DNA of 64,000 nucleotides from an uncultured Candidatus Saccharibacteria bacterium (GCA_964402215.1 CAYOAT010000003.1:29167-93166), one strand, 5' to 3'. Positions 28,168-39,436 are shown, counted from the first letter of the stretch. The notes: a model not told the origin generated them from the sequence alone. Numbers and translations are program-made.

Positions 28168-28722
28168 ATGAAATTCTTAACACCATTTGTATACATAGCA
28201 CTAGCGATTACATTGTTCTTTATGATTATTAGTCCTGTAAATACAGAAAATCAAGCTTTAAGCCAAAAGATAAATGAAAATAAAGAGCGTTTAATTAATG
28301 CGAACAAACTTTACGATGCACAGGGTAAACTTAAAACTAGAAATAATGCTATCAGCCAGGCTGAGAGGGATGCGTTGCTAAAAATTCTTCCTGATGCCGT
28401 TGATAACGTAAAGTTGATTTTGGATATTTCAGAAATAGACACAACAATAGTCCCAAAAAACATTGGTGTGGGCGGAGAGGCAGTTGGTAATAACAGTGCA
28501 TCAAAAGCAAAAACGATTTCTGGTAATAATAATTACGGTTCAATACAGTTAAGTTTTGCTTTCACAACTAATTATCAAAATGTTAAGTCATTTATTAATA
28601 AACTTGAAGATTCTCTAAGAATAGTCGATATAACAGATTTAAAGATTTCGACATCAAATGTAGTTGACGGCGCATCACAATATAATGTCGCAATTAAATT
28701 AAATACGTACTGGTTACGTTAA
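28168..28722 (+). CDS. pilO: PilO-like protein
   Basis: YQNVKSFINKLEDSLRIVDITDL; synteny. Confidence 0.75.
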   Translation: MKFLTPFVYIALAITLFFMIISPVNTENQALSQKINENKERLINANKLYDAQGKLKTRNNAISQAERDALLKILPDAVDNVKLILDISEIDTTIVPKNIGVGGEAVGNNSASKAKTISGNNNYGSIQLSFAFTTNYQNVKSFINKLEDSLRIVDITDLKISTSNVVDGASQYNVAIKLNTYWLR

Positions 28723-28732
28723 AAAATAAAAC

Positions 28733-29104
28733 ATGTTAGGACAATATAAAAAAATAATATTAGCCATAATCGTTGCAGTTATTGTTTTTGGTGCTTACTA
28801 TTTTCTTAACAAAGATGGCACAGATGCAAAAACAAGCACTGGCGTTGTAAAATCAGCTCCAATGGGTAAACAGACTAGTGAATCGGTTTTGGGAAATGAA
28901 ATTTTAAGTGTTCTTGGACGCGTTGAGAGAATTACACTTGATCGCGGAGTTTTTGATGATCAGGTTTATAAATATTTATCATCCGAGTACGCAAAAAAGA
29001 AACCAAAGGAAATCATTGAACAAGTTCCCGGTCGTGAAAATATATTTTCTCCTTACGTAAAAGATTCTTCCCTTAGTTCCGGAACAGTTTTAGATAATAA
29101 TTAA
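28733..29104 (+). CDS. Membrane-anchored pilus accessory protein (PilP-like position)
   Basis: N-terminal TM, GRENIFSP motif, operon position. Confidence 0.55.
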   Translation: MLGQYKKIILAIIVAVIVFGAYYFLNKDGTDAKTSTGVVKSAPMGKQTSESVLGNEILSVLGRVERITLDRGVFDDQVYKYLSSEYAKKKPKEIIEQVPGRENIFSPYVKDSSLSSGTVLDNN

Positions 29105-29112
29105 AAATTAAT

Positions 29113-30828
29113 ATGGCTTTATTAGACTTTTTAGTCGAAAAAGGAGTTGTTGACCAAAAAAGCGTCAAAAAAATTAGCGATGAGATGAAAAGCTCAGGTG
29201 CTTCTTTAGATTCTATTTTGACAAAAAATAGTATTTCACCAAAAGATTTAATAAAAGCGAAAAGCGAATATTATAATGTCCCAATCGGTAATATTGAGGG
29301 TCATGATATTCCATTTGAAATTTTGAAATATATTCCCGAGGAGTCAGCTCGTCACTATCAATTTGCGCCTATTGGCAGAAAAGACGGGTTATTAGAAGTC
29401 GGTATGATTGATCCAAATAATATTCAAGCACGGGATGCTTTGAATTTTATTTCCTCAAAAGAAGACACTCCTTTTAAAGTTTTTCTTATAACCGAAGAAG
29501 ATCTTGAAAAAGTTCTTGAAGTGTACAAAAGTCTTTCGGGGGAGGTAACAAAGGCTTTGGGGGAATTGGAAGTCGATTTATCTAATGATGATGTTTTGGC
29601 AGCACCAAAACCTCGCCCAGGTGACAAAAATAGTGAAACACAAATTATTGAAGATGCACCGGTGACAAAAATCGTTGCAACGATTTTGCGTTATGCCGTT
29701 GAAGGGAATGCCTCTGATGTTCATATCGAGTCAATGAAGGATAAGGTCCGCGTTAGATTTCGAGTTGATGGTGAATTACACACAAGTCTGATTTTGCCAC
29801 CAAAAGTTTTGTCAGCCCTTGTAGCACGTGTCAAAATTTTGTCTCAAATGAAGCTTGATGAGAAACGAAAACCTCAAGACGGTCGTTTTTCAGCTCGAAT
29901 TGAAAATAGAAAAATTGATTTTCGTGTTTCAACTTTCCCTTCATATTATGGAGAAAAGGTTGTTATGAGAATTTTGGATCAAGAAAAAGGTGTTCTTTCA
30001 ATTGATCAACTTGGTTTGTCAGATAGAAATCTTGAATTGCTAAAAAATGCTATTACACGACCATACGGCATGATTTTGATTTCTGGCCCAACAGGATCAG
30101 GAAAATCAACGACACTTTATTCTGTACTAAAAGAAATAGATTGTGATACTCAAAATGTTTTGAGTCTTGAGGATCCGGTTGAATACAGTATTGATGGAGT
30201 CAGTCAGTCTCAGGTTTTTCCAGAAATTGGTTACACCTTTGCTAATGGTCTGCGTACAACTTTACGACAAGACCCTGACATAATCATGGTTGGTGAGATT
30301 CGTGATGCAGAAACAGCAAAATTGGCCATCCAAGCCGCATTAACTGGTCACCTTGTATTGTCTACAATTCACACTAACACCGCAGCAGGTATTGTTCCAC
30401 GACTAATAGACATGGGAGTTGATCCTTATTTGATTGCGCCAACTTTAATTTTGGGTATTGCTCAACGTTTGGTTAGAAAGATTTGTCCTGGTTCTGGTGA
30501 AGCGCTACCCGTAGAAGGTAGTATAAAAGAAATGATTACAAAGCAGTTTTCAGATTTGCCAGAACAGTATCGAACAAAAATTCCAACGGCTTCTGAATTT
30601 TTGAAAATAAAACCAAACACAACCTGTCCGACAGGAACACGTGGTCGTGAAGCGGTTTTTGAAATGTACGAAATGAATAGGGAATTGGAAAAAATCATTT
30701 TAACTGGACCTACAGAAAATGCTGTTTATGACGAAGCTCGTAAACAGGGAATGTTAACGATGAAGGAAGATGCCATTATCAAAGCTCTGAAAAAAGAAAT
30801 ACCGTTCGAGGAGGTAAACAAGCTATAA
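29113..30828 (+). CDS. pilB: Type IV pilus extension ATPase PilB/GspE
   Basis: ASDVHIE, GPTGSGKST, LRQDPD, TGHLVLSTIHTN. Confidence 0.93.
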   Translation: MALLDFLVEKGVVDQKSVKKISDEMKSSGASLDSILTKNSISPKDLIKAKSEYYNVPIGNIEGHDIPFEILKYIPEESARHYQFAPIGRKDGLLEVGMIDPNNIQARDALNFISSKEDTPFKVFLITEEDLEKVLEVYKSLSGEVTKALGELEVDLSNDDVLAAPKPRPGDKNSETQIIEDAPVTKIVATILRYAVEGNASDVHIESMKDKVRVRFRVDGELHTSLILPPKVLSALVARVKILSQMKLDEKRKPQDGRFSARIENRKIDFRVSTFPSYYGEKVVMRILDQEKGVLSIDQLGLSDRNLELLKNAITRPYGMILISGPTGSGKSTTLYSVLKEIDCDTQNVLSLEDPVEYSIDGVSQSQVFPEIGYTFANGLRTTLRQDPDIIMVGEIRDAETAKLAIQAALTGHLVLSTIHTNTAAGIVPRLIDMGVDPYLIAPTLILGIAQRLVRKICPGSGEALPVEGSIKEMITKQFSDLPEQYRTKIPTASEFLKIKPNTTCPTGTRGREAVFEMYEMNRELEKIILTGPTENAVYDEARKQGMLTMKEDAIIKALKKEIPFEEVNKL

Positions 30829-30846
30829 TCTGATATAATTTTAAAT

Positions 30847-31233
30847 ATGGAAGAATCAAAAAAGATAAAAATAATGATAGTAGACGATGACAAATTTTTA
30901 CTTGATATGTATTCAAGAAAATTTTCTCAGAGTAATTATGAAGTAAATGTCTGTATTGGTTCAGACGATTGCTTGGAAAAACTTAAATCTGGTTTCGTTC
31001 CAGACATTTTAGTGCTTGATTTAATTATGCCAAAAATGGATGGAATATCTCTTTTCAAAGAAATTCAAAAGTTAAAACTTTCTCCAAAATCAAAAAATAT
31101 AATTTTGACTAACCAGGGACAGCAAAGTGATTTAGATAAAGTCAAAGATTTAGGAATCGATGGATATATTATAAAAGCACTGTATACACCGACAGAAGTT
31201 GTAGAAAAGATTAAAGAAATTTTTAATAAATAA
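30847..31233 (+). CDS. Single-domain response regulator
   Basis: IVDDD, DLIMPKMDG receiver motifs. Confidence 0.92.
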   Translation: MEESKKIKIMIVDDDKFLLDMYSRKFSQSNYEVNVCIGSDDCLEKLKSGFVPDILVLDLIMPKMDGISLFKEIQKLKLSPKSKNIILTNQGQQSDLDKVKDLGIDGYIIKALYTPTEVVEKIKEIFNK

Positions 31234-31239
31234 AATATT

Positions 31240-32304
31240 ATGGAAGGATACAAAAATAAACTTGATGAATTGATAAAGCTGGTTGTACAACAAAATGCTT
31301 CAGATTTGCATATTTCTGAGGGAAGAAAGCCTACTGTTCGAATTAATGGCGACCTTAACCCTGTGATGAAATATGAAGTGTCAGATCAAAAAGAAGTCAG
31401 AGAAATTTTGTATTCATTGATAAATTCTACTTTTAAAGAAAGATTTGAAAAAGAACAACAAATCGACTTTTCTTATGCGCACATTGATGGAACTAGATTT
31501 CGTGGAAATGGTTTTATTCAACAGGGTAAGATTGGAATTGTTTTGCGATTAATTCCGCGTGATATTAAATCAATAAAAGAATTAAATTTGCCACCAATTC
31601 TAGAAACTTTTGCAAGAAAAAAACAAGGATTTTTCTTGGTTGTAGGACCAGTAGGTGAAGGTAAATCAACTACGCTTGCTTCTATGATTGATTTGATTAA
31701 TTCAGAAAGACCAGAACACATAATTACAATCGAAGATCCAGTTGAATATGTTTATCATCCAAAAAAATCTATTATCGATCAGCGCGAAGTTGGTATTGAT
31801 ACAGATAGTTTTCATTCAGCATTGGTTGCGACATTCAGACAAGACGTTGATGTGATTTTGGTTGGTGAAATGCGTGATCGAGATACGATGGCTGCTGCTG
31901 TTACAGCTGCTGAAACCGGACACTTGGTTTTTTCAACACTTCATACAAATAATGCTTCACAAACAATTGATCGTATTATCGACAGTTTCCCAGCAGATCA
32001 ACAAGCACAAATTAGAATTCAACTTGCAAGCTCACTAATTGGAATTTTCTCACAAAGATTGATTCCAAGAATTTCTGGAGGAATGATTCCTGCTTACGAG
32101 CTTCTAATAAATAATAATGCTGTTTCAAACTTGATTCGAGAAAAGAGAACTCACGAAATTGATACAGTTATTGAAACAGGTTCAGAACTTGGAATGATTG
32201 ATATGAATAGAAATATGGCAGATTTGGTTCGTCGTGGCGAAATTACTGTCGAAAACGCCTTTTCAAATTCCTTCAGACCAAAAGTCTTAGAAAAAATGAT
32301 TTAA
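31240..32304 (+). CDS. pilT: Type IV pilus retraction ATPase PilT
   Basis: GPVGEGKST, GEMRD, AETGHLVFSTLHTN. Confidence 0.93.
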   Translation: MEGYKNKLDELIKLVVQQNASDLHISEGRKPTVRINGDLNPVMKYEVSDQKEVREILYSLINSTFKERFEKEQQIDFSYAHIDGTRFRGNGFIQQGKIGIVLRLIPRDIKSIKELNLPPILETFARKKQGFFLVVGPVGEGKSTTLASMIDLINSERPEHIITIEDPVEYVYHPKKSIIDQREVGIDTDSFHSALVATFRQDVDVILVGEMRDRDTMAAAVTAAETGHLVFSTLHTNNASQTIDRIIDSFPADQQAQIRIQLASSLIGIFSQRLIPRISGGMIPAYELLINNNAVSNLIREKRTHEIDTVIETGSELGMIDMNRNMADLVRRGEITVENAFSNSFRPKVLEKMI

Positions 32305-32308
32305 AATT

Positions 32309-33520
32309 ATGGCAACATATTATTACAAAGCATTAGATAAAGATGGAAATCAAAAAGACGGAACAGTTACAGCTGTAAACGTTGATGTGGCAATAAATTC
32401 ATTGCAACAGAGAGGATTTATTATTTCTGATATTAAATCAGACGAAGACCGGGCAGGTTTTCTTGGAAAAAATATTTCATTTTTTGAAAGAGTAAAACTA
32501 AGAGATTTGGTTATTATTTCAAGACAGATGGCGACTTTGTTTGAGGCCCAAATTTCTGCGCTTAGAATTTTTAGACTTTTGTCTGCTGAATGTGAAAATG
32601 CAAAATTAGGAAGAGCACTTGCAGGAGTGGGGGAAGACTTACAAGGAGGAAGTTCAATTTCTGCGGCCTTATCGAAATATCCAGATATTTTTTCTGGATT
32701 TTATATCAGCATGGTAAAGGCGGGTGAAGAGTCTGGTCGACTTGATCAAACTTTTTTGTTCCTTGCTGATTATTTGGATAGAACATATGAAATCACTTCA
32801 AAAGCTAAAAATGCTTTTATTTACCCAGCTTTCATTGTTTTCACTTTCTTTGCGGTTATGGGATTGATGTTAACAATGGTTATTCCAAAGATTAGTGCTA
32901 TTTTGATTGAATCAGGACAAGCAATTCCGGTGTATACAAAAATTATTATTGGTATTTCAAATTTTTTGGTTGATTACGGTATATTTTTCTTGATTGCACT
33001 TGTTATTGGTGGATACTTCTTGTATCGATTTGTTCAAACAGGACCAGGAAAAGAATCGTTGGATCAGTTCAAACTTTCTATACCAGTACTTGGAAACCTA
33101 TATTCAAAGTTATATTTGGCTAGAATTTCAGACAATTTGAATACAATGCTATCCAGCGGTATTCCAATGGTTAAATCACTAGAATTAACACAGGATGTCG
33201 TCGATAATGATTTGTATAAAAATGCTGTTGCACAGAGTGTGGAGGATGTGAAGGCGGGTTTGCCATTGTCTGGGGCTTTTGCAAAACATGAAATTTTTCC
33301 TGGCATCATTATTCAATTGATTAAAGTTGGTGAAGAAACTGGTAACCTCGGAGAAATTTTGGGTACGTTAGCAAAGTTTTATCAAAGAGAAGTTACAAAT
33401 GCCGTTGATACATTAGTTGGTTTGATTGAACCGATAATGATCGTGATGCTTGCCGTTGGAGTAGGATTCTTGTTGGCTTCGGTTTTGATCCCAATTTACA
33501 ATATCAGTTCTGCTTTCTAA
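32309..33520 (+). CDS. pilC: Type IV pilus platform protein PilC/GspF
   Basis: Two T2SSF domains, GEESGRL and GEETGNL. Confidence 0.93.
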   Translation: MATYYYKALDKDGNQKDGTVTAVNVDVAINSLQQRGFIISDIKSDEDRAGFLGKNISFFERVKLRDLVIISRQMATLFEAQISALRIFRLLSAECENAKLGRALAGVGEDLQGGSSISAALSKYPDIFSGFYISMVKAGEESGRLDQTFLFLADYLDRTYEITSKAKNAFIYPAFIVFTFFAVMGLMLTMVIPKISAILIESGQAIPVYTKIIIGISNFLVDYGIFFLIALVIGGYFLYRFVQTGPGKESLDQFKLSIPVLGNLYSKLYLARISDNLNTMLSSGIPMVKSLELTQDVVDNDLYKNAVAQSVEDVKAGLPLSGAFAKHEIFPGIIIQLIKVGEETGNLGEILGTLAKFYQREVTNAVDTLVGLIEPIMIVMLAVGVGFLLASVLIPIYNISSAF

Positions 33521-33572
33521 TTTTATTGCGAAAATTTGCAAAAAGAAAAGACAACGAGAAATCGTTGTCTTT

Positions 33573-33773
33573 TTAAAATGGTCGGAATTCTATGAGGGAA
33601 ATTCCGCAAGCCCATCTGGTTTTTGAGAGAGGATACCCCATCAACCTGCTCACGTCTTTATGGCCATCAATAATCATGATGACCAGTATAAATAATACGA
33701 ACAGGATCATTAGGGCACAAAAGCCCATATTGGTCCCAAGAACGCACATTATCTTGTCCATCTTTCTTCTCAT
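33573..33773 (-). CDS. Small membrane protein (stand-alone module)
   Basis: One TM; TTGACA at 33866-33871; hairpin at about 33546-33573. Confidence 0.4.
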   Translation of the reverse strand: MRRKMDKIMCVLGTNMGFCALMILFVLFILVIMIIDGHKDVSRLMGYPLSKTRWACGISLIEFRPF

Positions 33774-33961
33774 ATGATTTTAAGTAGCTTTATGGCTACT
33801 TAATCCTTTGTGTTTGTTGTTTGTACAGTACTCCCAGTATTAAACGCTATCACCTTATAGAAAGGTGTCAAAGGCTCTTGTTAGACGCATCAATTATCAC
33901 AAATTATGTGTATTTATCTTGAATAAAGGTATAAAAAACGATACTATTCAAGTTAACGTTT

Positions 33962-35392
33962 ATGGCAAAATATATTACAACTATTGGTCTTGAAATACAT
34001 GCAGAATTAAAAACCAAAACAAAGATGTTTTGCGATTCTATTAATGATCCAGATGAAACAGAACCGAATGTTAATGTTTGCTCAATTTGTCTTGGTCATC
34101 CTGGAACTTTACCTACACTAAATAAAGAAGCGATTAAATTGGTTTTGAAAATTGGTCATTCTATTAATGCAGAAATTGCTGATTATACAGAATGGGATAG
34201 AAAAAATTATTTTTATCCTGATATTCCAAAAGGTTATCAAATCAGTCAGTATAAATATCCACTAGTTCGGGGCGGAAATATTCGTGGCATAGATATAACC
34301 AGAATTCATTTGGAGGAAGATACAGGAACCTCTGTTCATGATCGTGGTGAATATTCTTTGATAAATTATAATCGTGCCGGTGTTCCATTAATGGAACTTG
34401 TTACAGAACCTGTCATTCATTCTGCAAAAGACGCTGTTGATTTTGCAAAGGAATTGCAACTGTTGCTTCGTTATCTGGGTGCGTCAGAAGCAAACATGGA
34501 AAAGGGTGAAATGCGCGTAGAGGCTAATATTTCTATTGCCCCAGAAGAATCAAAAAAACTTGGTACAAAAGTTGAAGTTAAAAATTTGAATTCATTCAAG
34601 ACTGTTGAAAGAGCAATTGAATATGAAGTAAAAAGAATGACTGATTTATTAGAACAAGGAAAAGGATCAGAAATTATCCAAGAAACTAGAGGATGGGATG
34701 ATAGTAAACAAAAAACTTATAGCCAAAGAATAAAAGAGAGCAGCGATGATTATCGATATTTTCCAGAACCAGATTTACCGAAACTAAAAATTTCGGAAAT
34801 TCCAGAATTTTCTCGTGAAATTTTAACTAAAGAATTACCTGAATTACCTTGGCAGAAAAGGGATAGACTGCTTGGCCTAAAATTAGGCAAAGACCAAGTT
34901 GAAACATTTGTAGTTGATCAAAAACTTTCAAAATTATTTGATGAAATTTTACTTGTTCTAAAAGATGAGAAAGAAATAAAATTGGCGGCAAATTATATAA
35001 CAACAGATTTAATTTCATTATTAAAATCTGAAGATTCTGAAAATATAATTGATAAATTAAATATTTCTGCAAATCAAATCATTGAATTAGTTAAAATGAT
35101 TTCTGGTGGAGAGATTTCCTCTCGTGGGGCAAAAGATACTCTCGCAATTCTAGTAAAGGAAGGTGGTTCTCCAAAAGAAATTGCCAAGAATAATAATTTT
35201 ATTCAACAAAGCGATTTGGGAGCCCTTGAAATTGCCGTTAAAAAGATTATCGCCGACAATAAAAAAGTTGTTGATGAATATAAATCTGGGAAAGAAGCCT
35301 CTTTACAATTTTTGATTGGGCAGGGAATGAAGGAAACAAAAGGTTCAGCTAATCCAAAGATTCTCTCTGACCTATTTAAAAAATTAATTTAG
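33962..35392 (+). CDS. gatB: Asp/Glu-tRNA amidotransferase subunit B
   Basis: IGLEIHAEL, RKNYFYPD, YRYFPEPDLP. Confidence 0.98.
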   Translation: MAKYITTIGLEIHAELKTKTKMFCDSINDPDETEPNVNVCSICLGHPGTLPTLNKEAIKLVLKIGHSINAEIADYTEWDRKNYFYPDIPKGYQISQYKYPLVRGGNIRGIDITRIHLEEDTGTSVHDRGEYSLINYNRAGVPLMELVTEPVIHSAKDAVDFAKELQLLLRYLGASEANMEKGEMRVEANISIAPEESKKLGTKVEVKNLNSFKTVERAIEYEVKRMTDLLEQGKGSEIIQETRGWDDSKQKTYSQRIKESSDDYRYFPEPDLPKLKISEIPEFSREILTKELPELPWQKRDRLLGLKLGKDQVETFVVDQKLSKLFDEILLVLKDEKEIKLAANYITTDLISLLKSEDSENIIDKLNISANQIIELVKMISGGEISSRGAKDTLAILVKEGGSPKEIAKNNNFIQQSDLGALEIAVKKIIADNKKVVDEYKSGKEASLQFLIGQGMKETKGSANPKILSDLFKKLI

Positions 35393-36631
35393 TAGTTGAG
35401 TTAAATAAAATACTCCAAGTCCGATAAATACAATTGCTTGAACAAGAGCAAGGTGTTTTGTTATTTTTTGACCACCGACCCAGATTTTCATTGCAAAGAC
35501 ACCAATTAAAAATACAACAATTTCATCTATTAAATACAAAGCCATGTATACAATTAAGTAAGATATTTTTGCCCATAAACCGATACCTGCCTCAGTCAAA
35601 ATTGCCGCAAAGGCCACCGGTATCACGGCTGAACATGGAAATTCAATAATTGTTACAGCAAACGAAAACAGAATTACAGCTAGTCCAATTATCCAGATAT
35701 TCTTGTTTTCATTAAAGGCGTTTTGTAATTTTTTTGTAACTTTTTTAATCCATTCAGATTCAGTCATCTCGCACATCGGACCGTATTTTAAAAATCTTAT
35801 GTATTGTCTGATGAAATAAATACCGCCGATAATACCCATTGCTCCAATTATTACCTGAAGTACTGTGACAAAAGATGAGAAAAAACTAAACAAACCAAAC
35901 CATAAAAATATAAGTGCAGCATAAGTTACTCCGGTAATAACAAGGAAAATCGCCCCAAATAAAAATGTTTTTTTTCTTGATTTAAAAACAAAAACCAGAC
36001 TTAGAATTAATAGTAATGCGCCGAGTGAACAAACATTAAATCCGTCAAAGAATCCAAGGGTGACCGCCAAAACAGGCAACGAAAGATCTTTGGCATTAAT
36101 TCCGAAGAGACTCAAATTACTTAGTTGGTTGATCGTTGTGTAGTTTTTATCAACATTTTCTGTTGTTTCAGATGAAACAACGCACGCCTCTTTTGTATCC
36201 TCGCATATTTCGTTTTGTTTTATTGGTTCTGCTATTTTTTTATCGACTAATTCCGTGATTGTTATTCCAGTGGTTTCAGCAGTATTAAAGCCAATCACAA
36301 ATGAATCACCAACAAATGTTAGTGGCACAACCCCAAGATATTCTTTAACATCATATTTTTCACCAAATTTCTTTAATAAATTAGTTGTCGCTTTTTCGGC
36401 GATATCATGCTTGTTTATTTTTAATTCAGGATATTTTATTTGCAGCTCACTTAGGAATTTTTGTTCTTCATGACAATGTGGGCATGTTTGGCTGTAAAAG
36501 AAGTTAATATCTGCATTATCGTCGGCAATATTATTAGATGTATCTGAAATTAATATAAAGAAAAAACCAATGATAAATACCAAAATAATCCCAAGAACGG
36601 TTAATAATGCTCTTTTTAATGAATAGGTCAT
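35384..36631 (-). CDS. Glutaredoxin-like domain fused to a CcdA/DsbD-like membrane domain
   Basis: CPHC motif; DGFNVCS and EFPCS conserved cysteines in the TM region. Confidence 0.8.
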   Translation of the reverse strand: MTYSLKRALLTVLGIILVFIIGFFFILISDTSNNIADDNADINFFYSQTCPHCHEEQKFLSELQIKYPELKINKHDIAEKATTNLLKKFGEKYDVKEYLGVVPLTFVGDSFVIGFNTAETTGITITELVDKKIAEPIKQNEICEDTKEACVVSSETTENVDKNYTTINQLSNLSLFGINAKDLSLPVLAVTLGFFDGFNVCSLGALLLILSLVFVFKSRKKTFLFGAIFLVITGVTYAALIFLWFGLFSFFSSFVTVLQVIIGAMGIIGGIYFIRQYIRFLKYGPMCEMTESEWIKKVTKKLQNAFNENKNIWIIGLAVILFSFAVTIIEFPCSAVIPVAFAAILTEAGIGLWAKISYLIVYMALYLIDEIVVFLIGVFAMKIWVGGQKITKHLALVQAIVFIGLGVFYLTQLLN

Positions 36632-36673
36632 AATTAGAAAGATTATATCAGTTTTTTAAAAATTTGTTATAAT

Positions 36674-37966
36674 TTGCTTACTATGAAAAATGGAAAATTT
36701 CCAGTTAATCCTGGACCGGAAGATTTTAAAAATTACAAATTTGAGGTTGAAATGGACAAAGAAACAGGCGCAGATAATGGCGAAACCATTGAAAATACTG
36801 AGGAAACAATGAATGTTAACCTTGATGTAATACTTGATGATAAAAATTTTGTTGATTACTTGTCAAAATTTCCAGACGCTGGGGTACTTGATCTTTCTGA
36901 TGAAAATTCAATAGAAATTGCAAAACGATACGAAACATTTAAAAAAGTTGGACAAATGGCTGAATCTTTAAAGGGAATTTATTCTTCCGAGCTAGAGTCA
37001 GAGATTGGTATCGCCGGGGCCAAATTTGAGGAAATTGATGGGTTGATTTATCTAATCTCCATAGAGGATCCGGATAAATTCAAAGCACTTTCAGAAGGTG
37101 TGTCTAGAAATAAAGCGCTAAAGGAAGCTGTTGCCAAAGAAAAAGGAACAATGGCAGAATCATTCGGGCTAAGTTCAACAGAAGATTTGAAAAATAAAAT
37201 CACTGAAACGAAAGAAAAAGTGGATAATCTTATTAATGAACGTAATGCCGATACAGTGAGGATGCGTGAAATAAGGGGTCGTTTTATCGCCAGATTATTC
37301 TCTGGAAAACTATTAGACGAGGAGGATGCCTTGTTTGAAAGTAGAAATAAAAAGATGGGAGAGATTATTGAGCTTCAAGAGTTGGTTAAAAAAATGGAGG
37401 AATCTGAAAACAACATTGAACATCTCGATAAATCGTCTGAGTCACAACGAGAGAGTCTAATTTACTCAGGACTTATTCCTTTGGAAGTTTACACAGATAC
37501 AATGAGAAAAGTTGTAACTGATGCATTAATTGATATTGAGAATTCTGGATCAGGTGAAAAGGTAAAGGGTGCAAAAAAAGAAAAAACTATAGATGACTTG
37601 GGTGGATTTGCTGATTTATTGAATAAAGTGATGGAATCAAAGGGATATAAAATTGATAATGACGCTTTGAATAAGAGTAAGTATGAAGAGCTAACAGCAA
37701 AATATAAACTTGAGTTAACTAAAAAAATTGATGCGTTAATTTCAAGATCAATTGATTTAATTAAAGATACACCTCTTACAATTATTGAGGTAGGTATTAA
37801 TGCTATTTTAGCAAAACACAAATTTGACGTCGGTGCCGAGATATCATCTGAAAAATTTGTTGTTAATATTTTGGCAGAGAGGGAGGCTAAAGAAAAAGAT
37901 CTTTCAAAGAAATTAATGATTCGTCGATTATTGGCAAAATACAAAGCACGGGTTTCTAAAAAATAA
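36674..37966 (+). CDS. Hypothetical coiled-coil protein
   Basis: 430 aa E/K-rich ORF. Confidence 0.7.
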   Translation: MLTMKNGKFPVNPGPEDFKNYKFEVEMDKETGADNGETIENTEETMNVNLDVILDDKNFVDYLSKFPDAGVLDLSDENSIEIAKRYETFKKVGQMAESLKGIYSSELESEIGIAGAKFEEIDGLIYLISIEDPDKFKALSEGVSRNKALKEAVAKEKGTMAESFGLSSTEDLKNKITETKEKVDNLINERNADTVRMREIRGRFIARLFSGKLLDEEDALFESRNKKMGEIIELQELVKKMEESENNIEHLDKSSESQRESLIYSGLIPLEVYTDTMRKVVTDALIDIENSGSGEKVKGAKKEKTIDDLGGFADLLNKVMESKGYKIDNDALNKSKYEELTAKYKLELTKKIDALISRSIDLIKDTPLTIIEVGINAILAKHKFDVGAEISSEKFVVNILAEREAKEKDLSKKLMIRRLLAKYKARVSKK

Positions 37967-37968
37967 AT

Positions 37969-38202
37969 ATGTCTACATCTGATATTAAAAAAGAAATAAA
38001 TAATTTAATCGATGATCAGAAAACTGATAATAACAGCATCATAAATTCTATAATTGCGCATATCAATGCGGAGAATATCCTTTTGGAGGAATATAAAAAC
38101 AGGCTCGCGGAATTAAATGATGTTTTGAAAAAGATGGAAGAAGTACATCGTACGGTTTCTGAAAAAATAAATCTTGAGGAGGTGAGAAAAAAATTGAAAT
38201 AA
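37969..38202 (+). CDS. Small coiled-coil protein
   Basis: 77 aa, tightly coupled to its neighbours. Confidence 0.6.
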   Translation: MSTSDIKKEINNLIDDQKTDNNSIINSIIAHINAENILLEEYKNRLAELNDVLKKMEEVHRTVSEKINLEEVRKKLK

Positions 38203-38215
38203 CAATATTAATCTA

Positions 38216-38695
38216 ATGACCACAAAAATTCACATAGGGGCTGATCACGCGGGTTTTGAATTAAAAGAGGAACTTATCAAATTTCTAGAAAAATCTGATT
38301 ACGAGGTAACTGATTATGGGGCTTATGAATATGATGAAGATGATGATTATACAGATTTTGTTTTTCCTGTAGCCAAGGCAGTTTCAATTGACCCAGAGTC
38401 AAAAGGAATCGTAATAGGTGGTTCAGGTCAAGGAGAAGCAATGGCCGCAAATAGACTTCCTGGAATTCGTGCCGCCGTTTTTAATGGACAATACGAACCT
38501 GCGGATGGTCGGGAAGTACCGAATGAAATTGTTCTATCTCGTGAACATAACGATGCAAATATTTTATCTTTAGGGGCTAGATTTTTATCTATTGATGAAG
38601 CGAAGGAAGCGGTAGAATTGTGGCTTGAAACGGAATTTTCTGGTGATGAAAGGCATGTTCGCCGAATTTCTAAAATTGAACAATTTGGTCTATGA
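38216..38695 (+). CDS. rpiB: Ribose-5-phosphate isomerase B
   Basis: GADHAG, GGSGQG, REHNDANIL, RHVRR. Confidence 0.95.
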   Translation: MTTKIHIGADHAGFELKEELIKFLEKSDYEVTDYGAYEYDEDDDYTDFVFPVAKAVSIDPESKGIVIGGSGQGEAMAANRLPGIRAAVFNGQYEPADGREVPNEIVLSREHNDANILSLGARFLSIDEAKEAVELWLETEFSGDERHVRRISKIEQFGL

Positions 38696-39387
38696 AAAAA
38701 ATTGAAATAATTCCAACAGTGATGCCAACAAATCACAATGACTTTGTGGAAAAAATTAGTCGTGTAAAACAATTTGTTAAAACTATTCAAATTGATGTTA
38801 TGGACGGGAAATTTGTTCAATCCATCAGTTGGCCGTACAATTCGAATGATAATTCTGATTGGTTAAAATATGTTAATCAAGAAGCCGGCCTACCATATCG
38901 GGACAAAGTTGATTTCGAAATTGATTTGATGGTTGCTGACCAAATTGAGGAAGCAAAAAAATGGATCGCGGCCGGTGTCATGCGAGTTATTTGTCACGTT
39001 GAAGCACTAAAAGAATCAGACAAAGAAGAGTTTTTTAAATTACGCGAAGATTTTAATGTTGAAATATATTTAGCACTTGTACCAGAAACTTCTCTTGATA
39101 TATTAAATCCTTATTTAGATAAGATCGATGGCGTACAATTTATGGGAATTAATAAAATTGGTTTTCAGGGTCAACCTTTTGAATCCTCTATCTTAGATAA
39201 GATTAAAAAAATTCGTTCAATAAAACCAGATATGGAAATTGCCGTTGATGGGGGAGTAAATTTTGAAACAGCAGAAGCTTTAGTTACAGCCGGAGCTACC
39301 AAGCTTGCTTCTGGATCTCTTATTTTTGAATCAGATAATGTAAAAGAGACTATTGATCAATTAAAAGACTTAGTAAGAGTAAAATAA
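38692..39387 (+). CDS. rpe: Ribulose-phosphate 3-epimerase
   Basis: IDVMDGKFV, GFQGQPF, VDGGVN. Confidence 0.92.
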   Translation: MKKIEIIPTVMPTNHNDFVEKISRVKQFVKTIQIDVMDGKFVQSISWPYNSNDNSDWLKYVNQEAGLPYRDKVDFEIDLMVADQIEEAKKWIAAGVMRVICHVEALKESDKEEFFKLREDFNVEIYLALVPETSLDILNPYLDKIDGVQFMGINKIGFQGQPFESSILDKIKKIRSIKPDMEIAVDGGVNFETAEALVTAGATKLASGSLIFESDNVKETIDQLKDLVRVK

Positions 39388-39436
39388 AAGTTGTTTTTAT
39401 TTTACTCTAATCTTTGTGTTATAATTTTCACTAGAT

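Noticed and set aside
38692-38695. Alternative genetic code (TGA=Gly)
   Set aside because: Conserved genes are intact under code 11, and rpiB ends at TGA in an ATGA overlap.
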